In this document: piece by piece, positions 1-11,300 of the stretch
Numbering within the stretch: position 1 is the first letter of the stretch
Layout: every line of letters starts with the position of its first letter
DNA from: Chrysomallon squamiferum
Lineage: Eukaryota > Animalia > Mollusca
NCBI GenBank assembly: GCA_012295275.1
Contig: CM022670.1
Span: forward strand, 22,444,001-22,508,000
Length of the DNA: 64,000 nucleotides
Direction: 5' to 3'
Program-made: the position numbers and the translations under genes
Notes under the pieces: model-generated
What the model saw: the letters and a program-made list of their open reading frames with translations, nothing else
Database searches by the model: none
Told to the model about the DNA's origin: nothing

Positions 1-138
1 AAATTTTATTTTTTCATTTATCAAATTATGTGTTTTGATTATTTAGTAATAGTATACCAACAAAACATTTTAACAAGCAAACCTTGAATACAACATTATT
101 CCACTGCACATTTGAATTTAGATTTGTTTTCATTACAG

Positions 139-355
139 AAAGGCAAGAACAAACAGATAAAGTCATCACAAAACCCAGTTATAGTTTTTTCTGATTCTGA
201 GATTTCGACAAAAGCAGATCATGTTGCTAAAAAAAGGACAAGATCTTTAGATTTTTCAATATTAAAAGAAAGATCAACCCAGACTGATGAAATTTTGGAG
301 GATGTTTTTATCAAATCAGAAGCTGACAGGGAAGCTTTAGAGTTGATGGGTGGAG
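139..355 (+). CDS. GMNN: Geminin, internal coding exon (gene starts upstream of the window)
   Basis: Acceptor cattacAG at 137-138, donor GAG|GTacac at 356. Encodes KGKNKQ...EALELMGG. Joining 139-355, 614-696, 892-981 and 1310-1774 keeps one frame (phases 0,1,0,0). EALELMGGEQASETYW parallels geminin AFDLM..ENPSSQYW (recalled). Confidence 0.8.
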
Positions 356-613
356 GTACACTTCATTTATAGATTTAAGTGATGTTATCTAGAGTAAAAA
401 TACATTTTATTTAATAAATTCATTTTTCGTAAAATTAATTTTGTTATTATTTTCACACAATATGTTACCATTAAACCAAGTTTATAAACATGATCAGTGT
501 TAGGATTAATTATATGTTCAGTTTCTTGTCTGACCACTTCACACCTGTTGATTTTACTCTGTATATTAAGAATTAAATTTGTCATTAAACAACTAATTCT
601 GTTGTGTTGTCAG

Positions 614-696
614 AACAAGCTTCAGAGACATACTGGAAGATACTGGCAGAGGAACGAAGAAAAGCTCTCAATGATACACTGGAGGAAAATGAAGAG
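614..696 (+). CDS. GMNN: Geminin, coiled-coil exon 1
   Basis: ttgtcAG acceptor. Encodes (E)QASETYWKILAEERRKALNDTLEENEE, the geminin-family signature YWKxxAExRRKALxxxLxENE. The donor GAG|GTccta is weak but keeps the frame. Confidence 0.9.
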
Positions 697-891
697 GTCC
701 TAATTCAGATTTATTTATATGCTTCATTTTCAAATTATTCTCTATTTGAACATTCAGAAAAGATAAAGAAACATGTTTTTTCTTCTTCTTTTTTTTTCTT
801 TTAATAGCTGTGTCAGTAAATGTCAGTAATATTTTGGAAATAACCTGTTCATGTTCCCATTTTGAATGGCTCTTTTATCATATTCTTACAG

Positions 892-981
892 CTCTATAAG
901 GAAATAGAAAGCCTACGAGAAGAAAATCTCAATCTCACTGGACTGGCTGAGAAAGCTAGTTATCTGTCCAACATTTTACAG
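892..981 (+). CDS. GMNN: Geminin, coiled-coil exon 2 (not in ORF track)
   Basis: ttcttacAG acceptor, CAG|GTaag donor, 90 nt. Encodes LYKEIESLREENLNLTGLAEKASYLSNILQ, which continues the geminin coiled coil. Confidence 0.9.
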
Positions 982-1309
982 GTAAGATGAAAGTTCTTGA
1001 ACTAGTCATTGTTAGATTGCAGTTGTTGTCTTTGTTCCCTTGTATAAAAATGTTTTTCTAGCAGTCAGAACTTGCATTTTAACTTGCATGAAAAAGATAC
1101 TGACAGTCTCAAGATTTTGAAGCTATTTTTGTGGTCTCTTGTCTGAGTTCATGTGCCATATGTGGTTATCATTCCAGGTTCAATCTTTACAAAGATACAC
1201 TACTTATAAAGTGGTGATTGTCAGAAACTGTTTGATACAAGACTAGTTAGTATTAGTATATTTGGCATTCAGATATTTATTATAATACATCATGTTCATG
1301 TTTGTATAG

Positions 1310-1774
1310 GAGATTCTCACTGATGATGATGATGATGATGATGATGACAGTGTTGAAAAGAATGCAGTAAAAGACAATGAAACAAAACTGAAACAACAGA
1401 AAACTGTCAGTTTGGACAACAATGATGAAAATAGTTCTTTAAACACCAGCAAAATGTTTTTGTCAGAAAATCTTGTAACAAGTTCACCAGTACATACAAT
1501 TCTTCACAAGAAAATAAACTCAACATCATTTCAAGACTGTTCACCAAAAATATCTACAACTGTACAGAATGATGGTGATGTTCATGCAGATGATCAGTGT
1601 GATAATAAAACAGTAGTCTGCTCAGAAAATGATGACTGGATTAATGTGGAATTAGAAAATGACATGGTCACTTCTACTGAACTTGTAATATCAGAGAAAC
1701 TTGCTGAGAAAAACAGTGAGAAAACAAAAATTGATACAAAAAAATACAGAAAAATAGACAAAAAAGTTCTTTAA
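1310..1774 (+). CDS. GMNN: Geminin, last coding exon (acidic low-complexity tail)
   Basis: tttgtatAG acceptor, in frame with track ORF 1412-1774. Reads EILT-D9-SVEKN... to TAA at 1772-1774. AATAAA at 2087 and 2117 downstream. Confidence 0.75.
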   Translation, partial: EILTDDDDDDDDDSVEKNAVKDNETKLKQQKTVSLDNNDENSSLNTSKMFLSENLVTSSPVHTILHKKINSTSFQDCSPKISTTVQNDGDVHADDQCDNKTVVCSENDDWINVELENDMVTSTELVISEKLAEKNSEKTKIDTKKYRKIDKKVL

Positions 1775-2374
1775 ATTGTGTTGTTAATCTGCCTGTAATT
1801 TTTTTTTTTTTTCTGCTGGTTGGTTTAATATACTTAAATAATGTGTCAGATTAAAACCAAGAAAAAAATAACATTTGGTTTGGTATGGTAATTACTAATA
1901 ATGTTGCTTAACAAATTTGGTAATTGATTATGTTTTCATTTATTTGTGAAGAAGAAAATACTTTTGTCAAGATAGATAATTCTAAGTGAACTGTTGTTTT
2001 TTTTAATTGTATTTTAAAAAGTTGTATTTCATATAATTTTTTTATAAATGTATTACCTAGCATGTGAGAATTTTCAATGTCTAGGAAATAAAATGATTTT
2101 AAAAAGTTCCCAAGCTAATAAACATGCCACTTGGATCTGAAGGTAAATCTGTGCAAGAAACAGGAAACCTGCATTATTGTTTTAATATATTTAAATAAAA
2201 ATATTGATGCTTGTGTTGGAAGTGTGGAGAAGGTTTTTTTGAAGCAGTTAAGAAGTGGGAGAAATTCAGTTGTAATTTTAATTATAATTTATTACCCATT
2301 ATGTTTCTGTTGATGTTTCAGTTTTTACCAAAAAAAAAAAAATATATCAGGTTTGGGGCTGCATTTGTTTACAA

Positions 2375-2869
2375 AATATTTGATGTTCTTTTCTTTCTTT
2401 TTTTCACCCCAAATTGTGATTAATGATTTGATTGGGTTTTTATTATTTTTATTTTTATTTTTTTGTTTTGGTTTTGTTTGAGATACACTTAATTAATAGT
2501 TTGTTGTTCACGAATTGAAACTAGTAAGTAATAGTAATTAGTGGCTAATTTTCCCACAAGAAATTTATTTTAAATAATACATAGTTACTTAACTTTTATT
2601 TTTAAGAGTATGTTATAAGCTAATATTTGATGTTCTTTTCTTTCTTTTTTTCACCCCAAATTGTGATTAATGATTTGATTGGGTTTTTATTATTATTTTT
2701 TTTGATTTTTTTTTTTTGGTTTTGTTTGAGATACACTTAATTAATAGTTTGTTGTTCACGAATTGAAACTAGTAAGTAATAGTAATTAGTGGCTAATTTT
2801 CCCACAAGAAATTTATTTTAAATAATACATAGTTACTTAACTTTTATTTTTAAGAGCATGTTATAAGCT
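2375..2869. repeat. Direct tandem duplication, 2 x ~247 bp
   Basis: aatatttgatgttcttttctttc...ttataagct occurs at 2375-2621 and 2622-2869. The copies are nearly identical apart from a T-rich tract and one substitution (agta/agca). Confidence 0.9.
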
Positions 2870-3822
2870 GATCAGTGGATAATTTATAAATAAATATTTT
2901 TGAACTGTGCTCTGAAAACCTAAACGAAATGCACTGATAAACAAGAAAATTGTTAATAACATGTTACTTGAATTTTATATTTTCATTTGACTCTTTTGTC
3001 AAGAGATTTATTATGACATTGATAAATTCTGAATTTATTTGTAGAATGAAATGTATTTCACTGATAGTTTTTAAGGAATAAATACTGACTAAATCAGATT
3101 TCCATAACGTTTTCAGTGTTTAAAGTATTTATTATGCATTTTATAATTTTACAGTATTAAAGAGATGACATAGCTTGTTGTATCAAGTCTTGTTTTTAGT
3201 ACAATAAGCTCAACAAAATGTTAATGGAATCTTTTATACATGTGTTTGTGTGTGTAGAATTATTTAATTTTTTAAAAGATGAATACATCTTTTGATTTAA
3301 AAATAAAATGCTATCTCAACAACAACAATAATATATTACCACTACTAGTACTTACAATAACACTAACAACAATAACAGCAACAATAATAATATAAATAAA
3401 TAAATAGATTATTGAAAGTTTAACTCCACTCAAACATAATATCGTGATATTGCAAGAACCATAACTCTATAGATAATTTCAGTCAGAAAATATCTTTAAT
3501 TTCACGATTTATTATCTTTTTAAAATGATTTAGTTATTTATTATTGGACAACTACCAGATTAAAAGAAAACAAGTTTATTCGATTTCTAAAAAAGAACAC
3601 ATGATTAAACATATTTTTTAATAATATACTTGTAAATTACAATGATTTTACAAGAGGAAAAACTAGCTGTCTGCTGTTCGTGTGAAATAGTCATCAATTA
3701 GAGAGAGAGAAAGAAGATTAGAAGTTTATCTATGAATTATATTTGTGATTAAATAACGTTTTTATATTTTTATATAATAAAAGAAATTATCATCATTATT
3801 TGTTTGTCTATTTCTCTGTTTA

Positions 3823-3859
<37 letters not shown>

Positions 3860-4784
3860 GTCTTGATGATTATATAAATTTTTTTTTTTTTTTTTTTTTT
3901 TTAAGTTACCTTTACAAATTTAGAATTAATTTTAATGGTCATGGCATATGCACAATGGAAGGAATAGGGTATGTGTATTTGACATTAACTGATTACAAAT
4001 CTTTAATTCTTCATATCATTTACTTCGCACAGACATAGCCAAAAGTATCGGATATATATTCAAACTGATAGTTAATACGCACATATAAATCCCTTCAACA
4101 AAGAAACGAAATCCTATTTCACTGATAATGTTATTTTATTGAATAACCTGTTCCACATGCTTGGACTTTTTAAAAAGGACAATATTTTATACCCAGTGGA
4201 CATGCAGAAACCGATCAAAAGTTTTAATTGTTGAACATAAAAGCCCATTCAGGGAATGACACAAAACATATAATTTACTTAAGGAGGCCGTTGGGTTGCC
4301 ATGACCTAGCAGTTGAACAGTACATACACTCACGATTTGTGAATTGTAAATATAAGTGGAAGTTAACGAGGCTAAGACGCACTCATCCGTTGTTATGAAC
4401 GAAAAGAAAGAGAGAGAGAAAGATGTTTGGTTGTACCCACCCATACATTAAGTGATCCATTTAATCTGTAATGAGTAAGTTTTCGGCGGAAAAAAGCTCA
4501 CGCCTATCATCAATATCTGTCATTTATTCCATTAACAATATGTAAACTGTTATGATTATTTGGATAAAGACCGGGTTTCACCTGTGTCGTGCCTGGTCCT
4601 GAAAAAAAAAAAAAAAAAAAAAAATAATAATAATAATAATAACAACAAATTAAAAAAAATTTAAAATAAAAAGAAATGTACCGGGCCTGTTCGTTATAAT
4701 TATATGGACACATATAAAAATAAAATAAAATAAAATATAAATAAATTAATAAATATTTTAATATTAATAAAAGATAAGAGTCGA

Positions 4785-4836
<52 letters not shown>

Positions 4837-5421
4837 GTAAAACTCGAAATAGGCTGGGTTACACCCACTGGCTGAATTAAAACGACGTAACCCTTTAACG
4901 ACTAAGTAAATACAACAAAAACATTCAGCATGAATCTGACTTTGAGCAATGTTAAGTCGGATGACAAAGAGACTAGTCAGTGTAAAATTTTATACACCAT
5001 TAAGCTGTTTCTGGGATTCTTAACTTGACCGAACTGAGCCTATCTGCTATCGTTAACTAAACCTTATTTTTTCTTCTCTTAAACAGAACAGGAGCATATA
5101 AACTTGTAGAACAAGGAAAAATAGATATTTTTAAATGATCCCACCTTTAGTTGATAAACCATTAACTAATAGAGAACAACACCAGTAATGATAATATCTT
5201 TATCTGTGTTATATGCTACAGGGCTATATTACTAAAAAGAAAAGAATTATATGTATATTGAAACAATAGACAATAATTATGAGCATGCATAGCACATAGT
5301 GACATACATAAGCAATTTTCTAATAAATCTATCACAGTAAATGTATCTAAACAGTTTATGTATTTAATCAATATGAGTATCTGTAATAATTAATTTTAAA
5401 CATTTTGCTTTTTTACACTAA

Positions 5422-5457
<36 letters not shown>

Positions 5458-5749
5458 CACACTTTCAAAAATGCAATAAACAACAACCCCCAAACAATAA
5501 GAACAACCATTAACAATACATTTCTTAAACCAATCGAATATTGCCCTTCACTTTAGCTTGTAATGCTGAAATCCACCGAGCAAGCTTAATGTAATATTGA
5601 CTCTTTTCGCATTTAATTTGTCGTTGCCAAAACATTTATTGGGTAATACTCGTTCGGGTTAACACATTTTGTAATTCAGCTGTTACCAAATATCGGTATT
5701 CGAATTTTGTTTGATGTTCCCAAGATTGTAAAAACAGGGAATTCCTTTA

Positions 5750-5800
5750 CACGTCACGAATGACGTCAAGGGATTCTCTAGTACATAAAAAGATGGCGGT
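5750..5800 (+). promoter_or_regulatory. Probable promoter of the Kelch-like gene (CRE + YY1 motifs)
   Basis: Full CRE TGACGTCA at 5761-5768, half-site ACGTCA at 5751 and YY1 motif AAGATGGCGG at 5790-5799, in a CpG-retaining stretch ~450 bp upstream of the ORF. Confidence 0.65.
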
Positions 5801-6243
5801 GAAGGTTAGAAGGGTATGGTGATAATGTAACAGGCTGATTGTCATGGGATAAACTGCCGTTGCTTGGCACTGAGGGTAACTTTACATGCATTCAAGTAGT
5901 CAATGTGGAACAAGAAGTATGCTTTTATACATGTTTTGTTATAAAGAATTATAACTGCGACAATCGATAAACTTCTTGTTCTGTCGAGCAGACGAAATAC
6001 TACATGTATTCATGTGACTGTTGGAATAAGGCGACCATCGATAACTGATTTATTGGTAATAACCAAGTATTCGGATTCATGCTGTATTTTTTTCGTCAAA
6101 TAGTTTGTAGAAGATGCGACATATTATACAAGTAGCCTAACAACATCTAATACGAAACTATTTTAGAAGAGAAAAAAATGACTTCCCGATTTTTTAATGT
6201 ATTCAAACGATTTAAGGGACAGTTTAAAGAAGACTTGTAGCAG

Positions 6244-8025
6244 ATGAAACCGAAATCAGCTTATATAAGTCTTGATGTGGATATGGAGAAAGGTGGTAAT
6301 GAGTCAAGTTCAGGTCAGGTGCATTCAAGTTATCTACTTTACAAACAAAATTACAGTTTAGATCTTCTGAAAAGCCTCAATGTTTTCCGCAATGAAGCTT
6401 CATTCACAGATGCAATTCTGTGTGTTGGACATGAAGAATTTCCTTGCCATAGAAATGTCCTAGCAGTTAGCAGCCCATATTTCATGGCTATGTTTACAAG
6501 TGATCTCAAAGAAAGTCGCAATGCTAGAATATGTTTCAGTGAAATTTCACCATGGACTTTGAAAAGAATAATAGATTATGCATATAGTGGTCGACTTGAA
6601 ATTACATCTGAAAATGCTCAAGAAATGTTGGCTGCTGGGAGTTTGTTCCAGTATCCAGACATTGTCAGTGCCTGTTGTGAATTTTTAGAGCAGCAGCTAC
6701 ATCCAACTAACTGCTTAGGTATTGAAAATTTTGCTCAGATGCATAGTTGTGATACTTTACAACAAAAAGCTATTAAATTTACTCAAGAAAATTTTAGCAC
6801 TGTTGTTGAATGTGATGAATTTGTAGATCAACCTTTAGAACGAATAATTCAGTACATTTCTAGTGACTTTATTGATGTACGGACTGAAGAAACAGTGTAT
6901 GATGCAGTTATGCGCTGGATTAAATATGATCCAGATGAAAGGGATAAACATCTTCCAGTCTTGTTACAAAATGTACGATTACCAATTCTGGATATATCAA
7001 GTTTGCATGCAATGGAAAGTGATCCATTTATCAGAGGGAGCAAACAATGCTTGGAAATGATACAAGAAGCTCAAATTCAACATGAATCCATTTCCAGCCA
7101 GCAAGGACAAAGACGCTGCAGCATGCAGAGTGTCCAGTTTAATCCACGGCCTTCCACAGTTGCCAAAGAGGTTATGGTGGTGGTTTGTGGCATCAACAGT
7201 TACATCACAAAAACCATAGAGATGTATGATCCACAGAAAGGAAAGTGGACAATGCTACCTGATTTTCCACAGTTGATTTCATGGTTTAGTGCTGTTACTG
7301 TGGATAATGCCATTTATGTAACAGGTGGCATTTGTGATGGTCATATAATTTCAGATGTTTGGAAATTTGATGTGGTAAAAAGAAAATGGACAAAGATGCC
7401 ACCCATGTTAACAGCTCGAGCAAGGCATGCATCTGTTGAATTTCATGACTGTTTGTATGTGCTTGGTGGATTGGGTGGTGGAAATCTGACATATGTAGAA
7501 GACATAGAACGTTTTAATCCAGCCACCAATTGTTGGGAAAAAATGGGACACACATATTTACCTAGGAAACAGTCTCAGGTGGTTACGTATGGCAATACTT
7601 TTGTTGAAATGGGAGGCTTACGGGAAGGAGATGCTAAAGTTAAAACGATTGCCAGCTACCTATGCTTGGATAATGGGATAGTAAAACCAGCAGAAGAAGA
7701 GCTTGTTCTGCCCAACATGATTCAATTTTGTCAAGTAGTTGTTATAAACAATGATATATATATCATGTGGGAAGACACCAAGAAAGTGATTGCTCTGAAT
7801 ACAGAGAAACAAACATTCCGCCATATACCAGAAATGCATTATGCTCACCTGCATTGTGGTGCTACTGTTCTTCATGGAAAGATCTATGTTTCTGGAGGTC
7901 TTATTGATTCAAAGCCATCAACCATTGTGGAGTGTTATGATCCACAAACAAACAAATGGACTATTGAAAAACCCATGCAGGAAGCAAGAGCTTACCATGG
8001 GTTTGTGACCATTCAAATGTGTTAA
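6244..8025 (+). CDS. Kelch-like protein (BTB-BACK-Kelch, putative Cullin-3 adaptor), most similar to KLHL21/KLHL24 group
   Basis: 593-aa uninterrupted ORF. BTB (FTDAILCVGHEEFPCHRNVLAVSSPYFMAMFTSDLKES), BACK (NCLGIENFA...EETVYDAVMRWI...LLQNVRLP) and six Kelch repeats (IYVTGG, LYVLGG, IYVSGG, VECYDP..NKW). PRPST and YDPQKGKW..LPDFP recall KLHL21; the subfamily call is from memory only. Confidence 0.95.
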   Translation: MKPKSAYISLDVDMEKGGNESSSGQVHSSYLLYKQNYSLDLLKSLNVFRNEASFTDAILCVGHEEFPCHRNVLAVSSPYFMAMFTSDLKESRNARICFSEISPWTLKRIIDYAYSGRLEITSENAQEMLAAGSLFQYPDIVSACCEFLEQQLHPTNCLGIENFAQMHSCDTLQQKAIKFTQENFSTVVECDEFVDQPLERIIQYISSDFIDVRTEETVYDAVMRWIKYDPDERDKHLPVLLQNVRLPILDISSLHAMESDPFIRGSKQCLEMIQEAQIQHESISSQQGQRRCSMQSVQFNPRPSTVAKEVMVVVCGINSYITKTIEMYDPQKGKWTMLPDFPQLISWFSAVTVDNAIYVTGGICDGHIISDVWKFDVVKRKWTKMPPMLTARARHASVEFHDCLYVLGGLGGGNLTYVEDIERFNPATNCWEKMGHTYLPRKQSQVVTYGNTFVEMGGLREGDAKVKTIASYLCLDNGIVKPAEEELVLPNMIQFCQVVVINNDIYIMWEDTKKVIALNTEKQTFRHIPEMHYAHLHCGATVLHGKIYVSGGLIDSKPSTIVECYDPQTNKWTIEKPMQEARAYHGFVTIQMC

Positions 8026-10393
8026 AAGAGCTTTAAATTAACTTTAAAAAACTGTATATTTTTTATGCTTTTGAAATATTACTGAAGTATATAACACAAA
8101 AGTTTCAGGTACAAGCATATTAGTAGAACTGTCTTTAATTATTTTTATTTCTGATTGCTCACAGTTGATTTTGCATGTAAAGAATACATTGATAAAATAA
8201 TGCTAGGCAAAAAATTGGAGGAATAAGCTGTTTTGACTATAGTTGTGTTAGACCTTATCAGTAATTAACGTGTTTATATATTTTGCATACCATGTAAATA
8301 ATTTCTTTAAATAACAAATTTGATAACATAGCCTACCTGTTACTGACATTATAATTAATTGCTTATGTTCTATTGTTATTAACATATATATAACTTTACA
8401 TTGCTTAAAACTTATGATGTATTTGGAATAAAAATAGAATGATAATAAATTCTGAATTCCCATCAGCCAAAAGAAAATTATTTTTAGAGAAAATCAAAAA
8501 ACTCGCTTCAAACTTGCCAATAAATTTAATGATATTTTGTAATAAAAAATGTATTGGTATTCTCTATTACAAATACTTATTGAGAATATATTTTTCTATT
8601 AAGCTGATACCATGTTATAAAATATATTAAAAGAAAAATGCTTAAACATTATTTTTTAAAAAATACCTTCCAAAGACTGCTGACAGTGAATTTTTTTTTT
8701 TTTATTGAATTATAATACTTATAATTAAAAAAGAAGACAAAAAAAAAAAAAAAAAAAGAAAAGCCCCCAAAACAAAGACACAAATAAATAAAATTATTTT
8801 TGGTAACACAACATTTACCTGTTGTGTTTGATTTTACAAGGTCCACATGGAAGTTTATAAAACAAGATAATGCATTCATTTGATGATGTTAAACCTATTA
8901 TAGAAACACTAAACTTGATATATGGTGAATGATCTGATACCTTATCAGCACAAGTAAGTGGCTGATATATTTTTTGTGCAGGAATGACAATAAAATTCAT
9001 TTGTTCATTTATTGATTCCTGCCAACTCGCACAAAACCAAGACTTTTTTTTGTAATTTCAGAAATGACTTAACACAAAACCATCCAAATGTTATTTCAAC
9101 AAATGTTAAATTGCTGAATCTGCTGATTTACAAAATTTTCTTTGACAGATTTTATAAAATTAATTTGTAATAATGTGTATATTTGTTTAAAATAATTCAC
9201 TGTATATTGTGCCTTGTGATTTGTTAAAATTCAGCTGTAAAGATGTACTCTGTGTGTGTTTGAGTGTGAATGTGTTCATGTGTATGTTTGTTTAACACTC
9301 GGTCACAAAACCCACATTTATTGCATTGTGATCACCGAAATTACATTATTAGTTCATTGTTTTATATGTATATGTGTATCTGATGATTCATATGTTGTCT
9401 TAAATACTTTGTATAAGTATTGTTTTAGTTGTCATTGGTGATCAATCTTGACTAATTATAAAGTGTGACAGTAACATTACTAGACTTGAGGATGCATGGT
9501 GGTTGGCATTTTTTTTACACAGATTTGTGAAAATAAAACCTAGACACATAAGTTGTTGCATATGTGTGTAATACAAAAGTTGAAATATAAAATAACACAT
9601 TCAGGCTATTAATAACTATTATTATTATTATATGTGTTTTTTTCTTACTACCAAAAGTAAACTTTAAAATAAAAAAATTGAAAAATAAAAAATAAAAATA
9701 AAAATTAACAAATGCTTAAGATTTTAATGAAAACCATACGAATGGATATGGACCATTTATATTATTCATATTTTCTGTGATGTTATGATTAAAATTATTG
9801 CTTTAATAAAAAATAAAACTAACAAATACTTTGGATAAGGAGTAACTGACCTGGATTGAAACTACTAGTTGAACAACTAATTTACTGACTAATGATTCAT
9901 GCTGACAGAGTTACTGATGAAAATGCTAATGACATTATTAATCAATTAGTTTTGTTTTTCCCTTTTTCTTCTTTCCTTTTTTTTTTTTCATTCTTTCTCT
10001 CTCTCTCTTTCTTTTGTTTTTCAAACAGGACTGTAGGACTGATCAAATGAAAACCATTTAAATTACAACTACTTGTCATTTTAAATACAGTACTCACTTT
10101 AAAATATTTATTTCCTTAGTTTTTCATTTTCTCACTAAACCTTTTTCATATAATTTTGTTTTTGTTTTTTACTAGAGTGCTAAATAGTCATTGAATTTGT
10201 TGTGAATATCTACTAATTTAATGTTTGTTTTTGTTTGGTTGTGGACCATATATACATACACACCTATAACTCCTTGAGTATTATTTATTTATTTGTGCTG
10301 CTAGTGAATTACTACAAAAAATGTAAAATGCTAAAGCAAATCTGTGCTGTGTTTTCCTACTTATTTTCAAATCTTGTAAGATATATATATATA

Positions 10394-10460
10394 TGTATTT
10401 GGACTTTGTAATAAAAACCAAATAACTTGATTTTAATTAGTTGTTGTTTTTTGGGGGGGT
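10394..10460 (+). terminator. Candidate polyadenylation site of the Kelch-like gene
   Basis: TGTA elements, AATAAA at 10410-10415 and a downstream GT-rich tract (ttagttgttgtttttt). It coincides with the end of the CpG-depleted stretch and implies a ~2.4 kb 3' UTR. Other AATAAA sites (8427, 9532) are alternatives. Confidence 0.4.
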
Positions 10461-10996
10461 TTGGGGTCTTCTTTTTTCTTTGTTCCCTTAAAATTTAAAA
10501 TAATAATAATAATAAAAATAAAATAAACGAATTAAATAATGAATTGATTGTTAAAAATCAGAGTTCAGAGAACAGAAAATATTTGGCATCCAGTGGTCGT
10601 CCATGAAAAAAACTGCTACGTAATTATATGAACTTCATTGCATTATCGATGATTTTAATATCTGTACAGCTTGTTGAAAACTATTTTTAACCTGCTTAAA
10701 ACGAATATCAGAATTTGCATGCTTTTAGATCTGTATAGCTGAATGTTAATTTATGTCTCCTACCTACTTAATTATAAAATCTAGCCTGTACAAACACGGA
10801 GAAATGAACAGCAGAGTAAGAGTGTTTGATATTTTTTTTACTAGACACTGTTGACAATGATACTGCCAAGCCATTTGAAACCTAACGTATATTGTTACTA
10901 AAGGTCATCAATACGTTCTGTATTTTTTCTTTCAGTTTATTGAAAACGATTGAATTTTTTTTTTTTTTTTTTTTAATTTTTTTTTTTTTTTTTTGT

Positions 10997-11300
10997 GAAT
11001 AAATAATCCCATAAAGTTTTATTATTTGTTACATTTGAATATTTATTTGTGACATATTTTCCTGACATTTTATTGTGCTATCATTATATTTACTTTTATT
11101 TTTTATTTATTTTTTTATTACAATTTTTTTTTTTTTTTTTTTTTTTTGAGAATAAATAATCCCATAAAGTTTTATTATTTGTTACATTTGAATATTTATT
11201 TGTGACATATTTTCCTGACATTTTATTGTGCTATCATTATATTTACTTTTATTTTTTTTTATTTTTTTTATTACATTTTTTTTTTTTTTTTTTTTTTTGT
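10997..11300. repeat. Direct tandem duplication, 2 x ~153 bp, poly-T bounded
   Basis: gaataaataatcccataaagttttattatttgttacatttg... starts at 10997 and again at 11150. Each unit ends in a long poly-T. Confidence 0.9.

Noticed and set aside
5906-5921. tggaacaagaagtatg, superficially like miR-1
   Set aside because: The seed differs (GGAACA vs GGAAUG) and no complementary hairpin arm is visible.
6849-7875. Short alternative-frame and antisense ORFs inside the Kelch gene
   Set aside because: Shadows of the long ORF, with no independent protein features.
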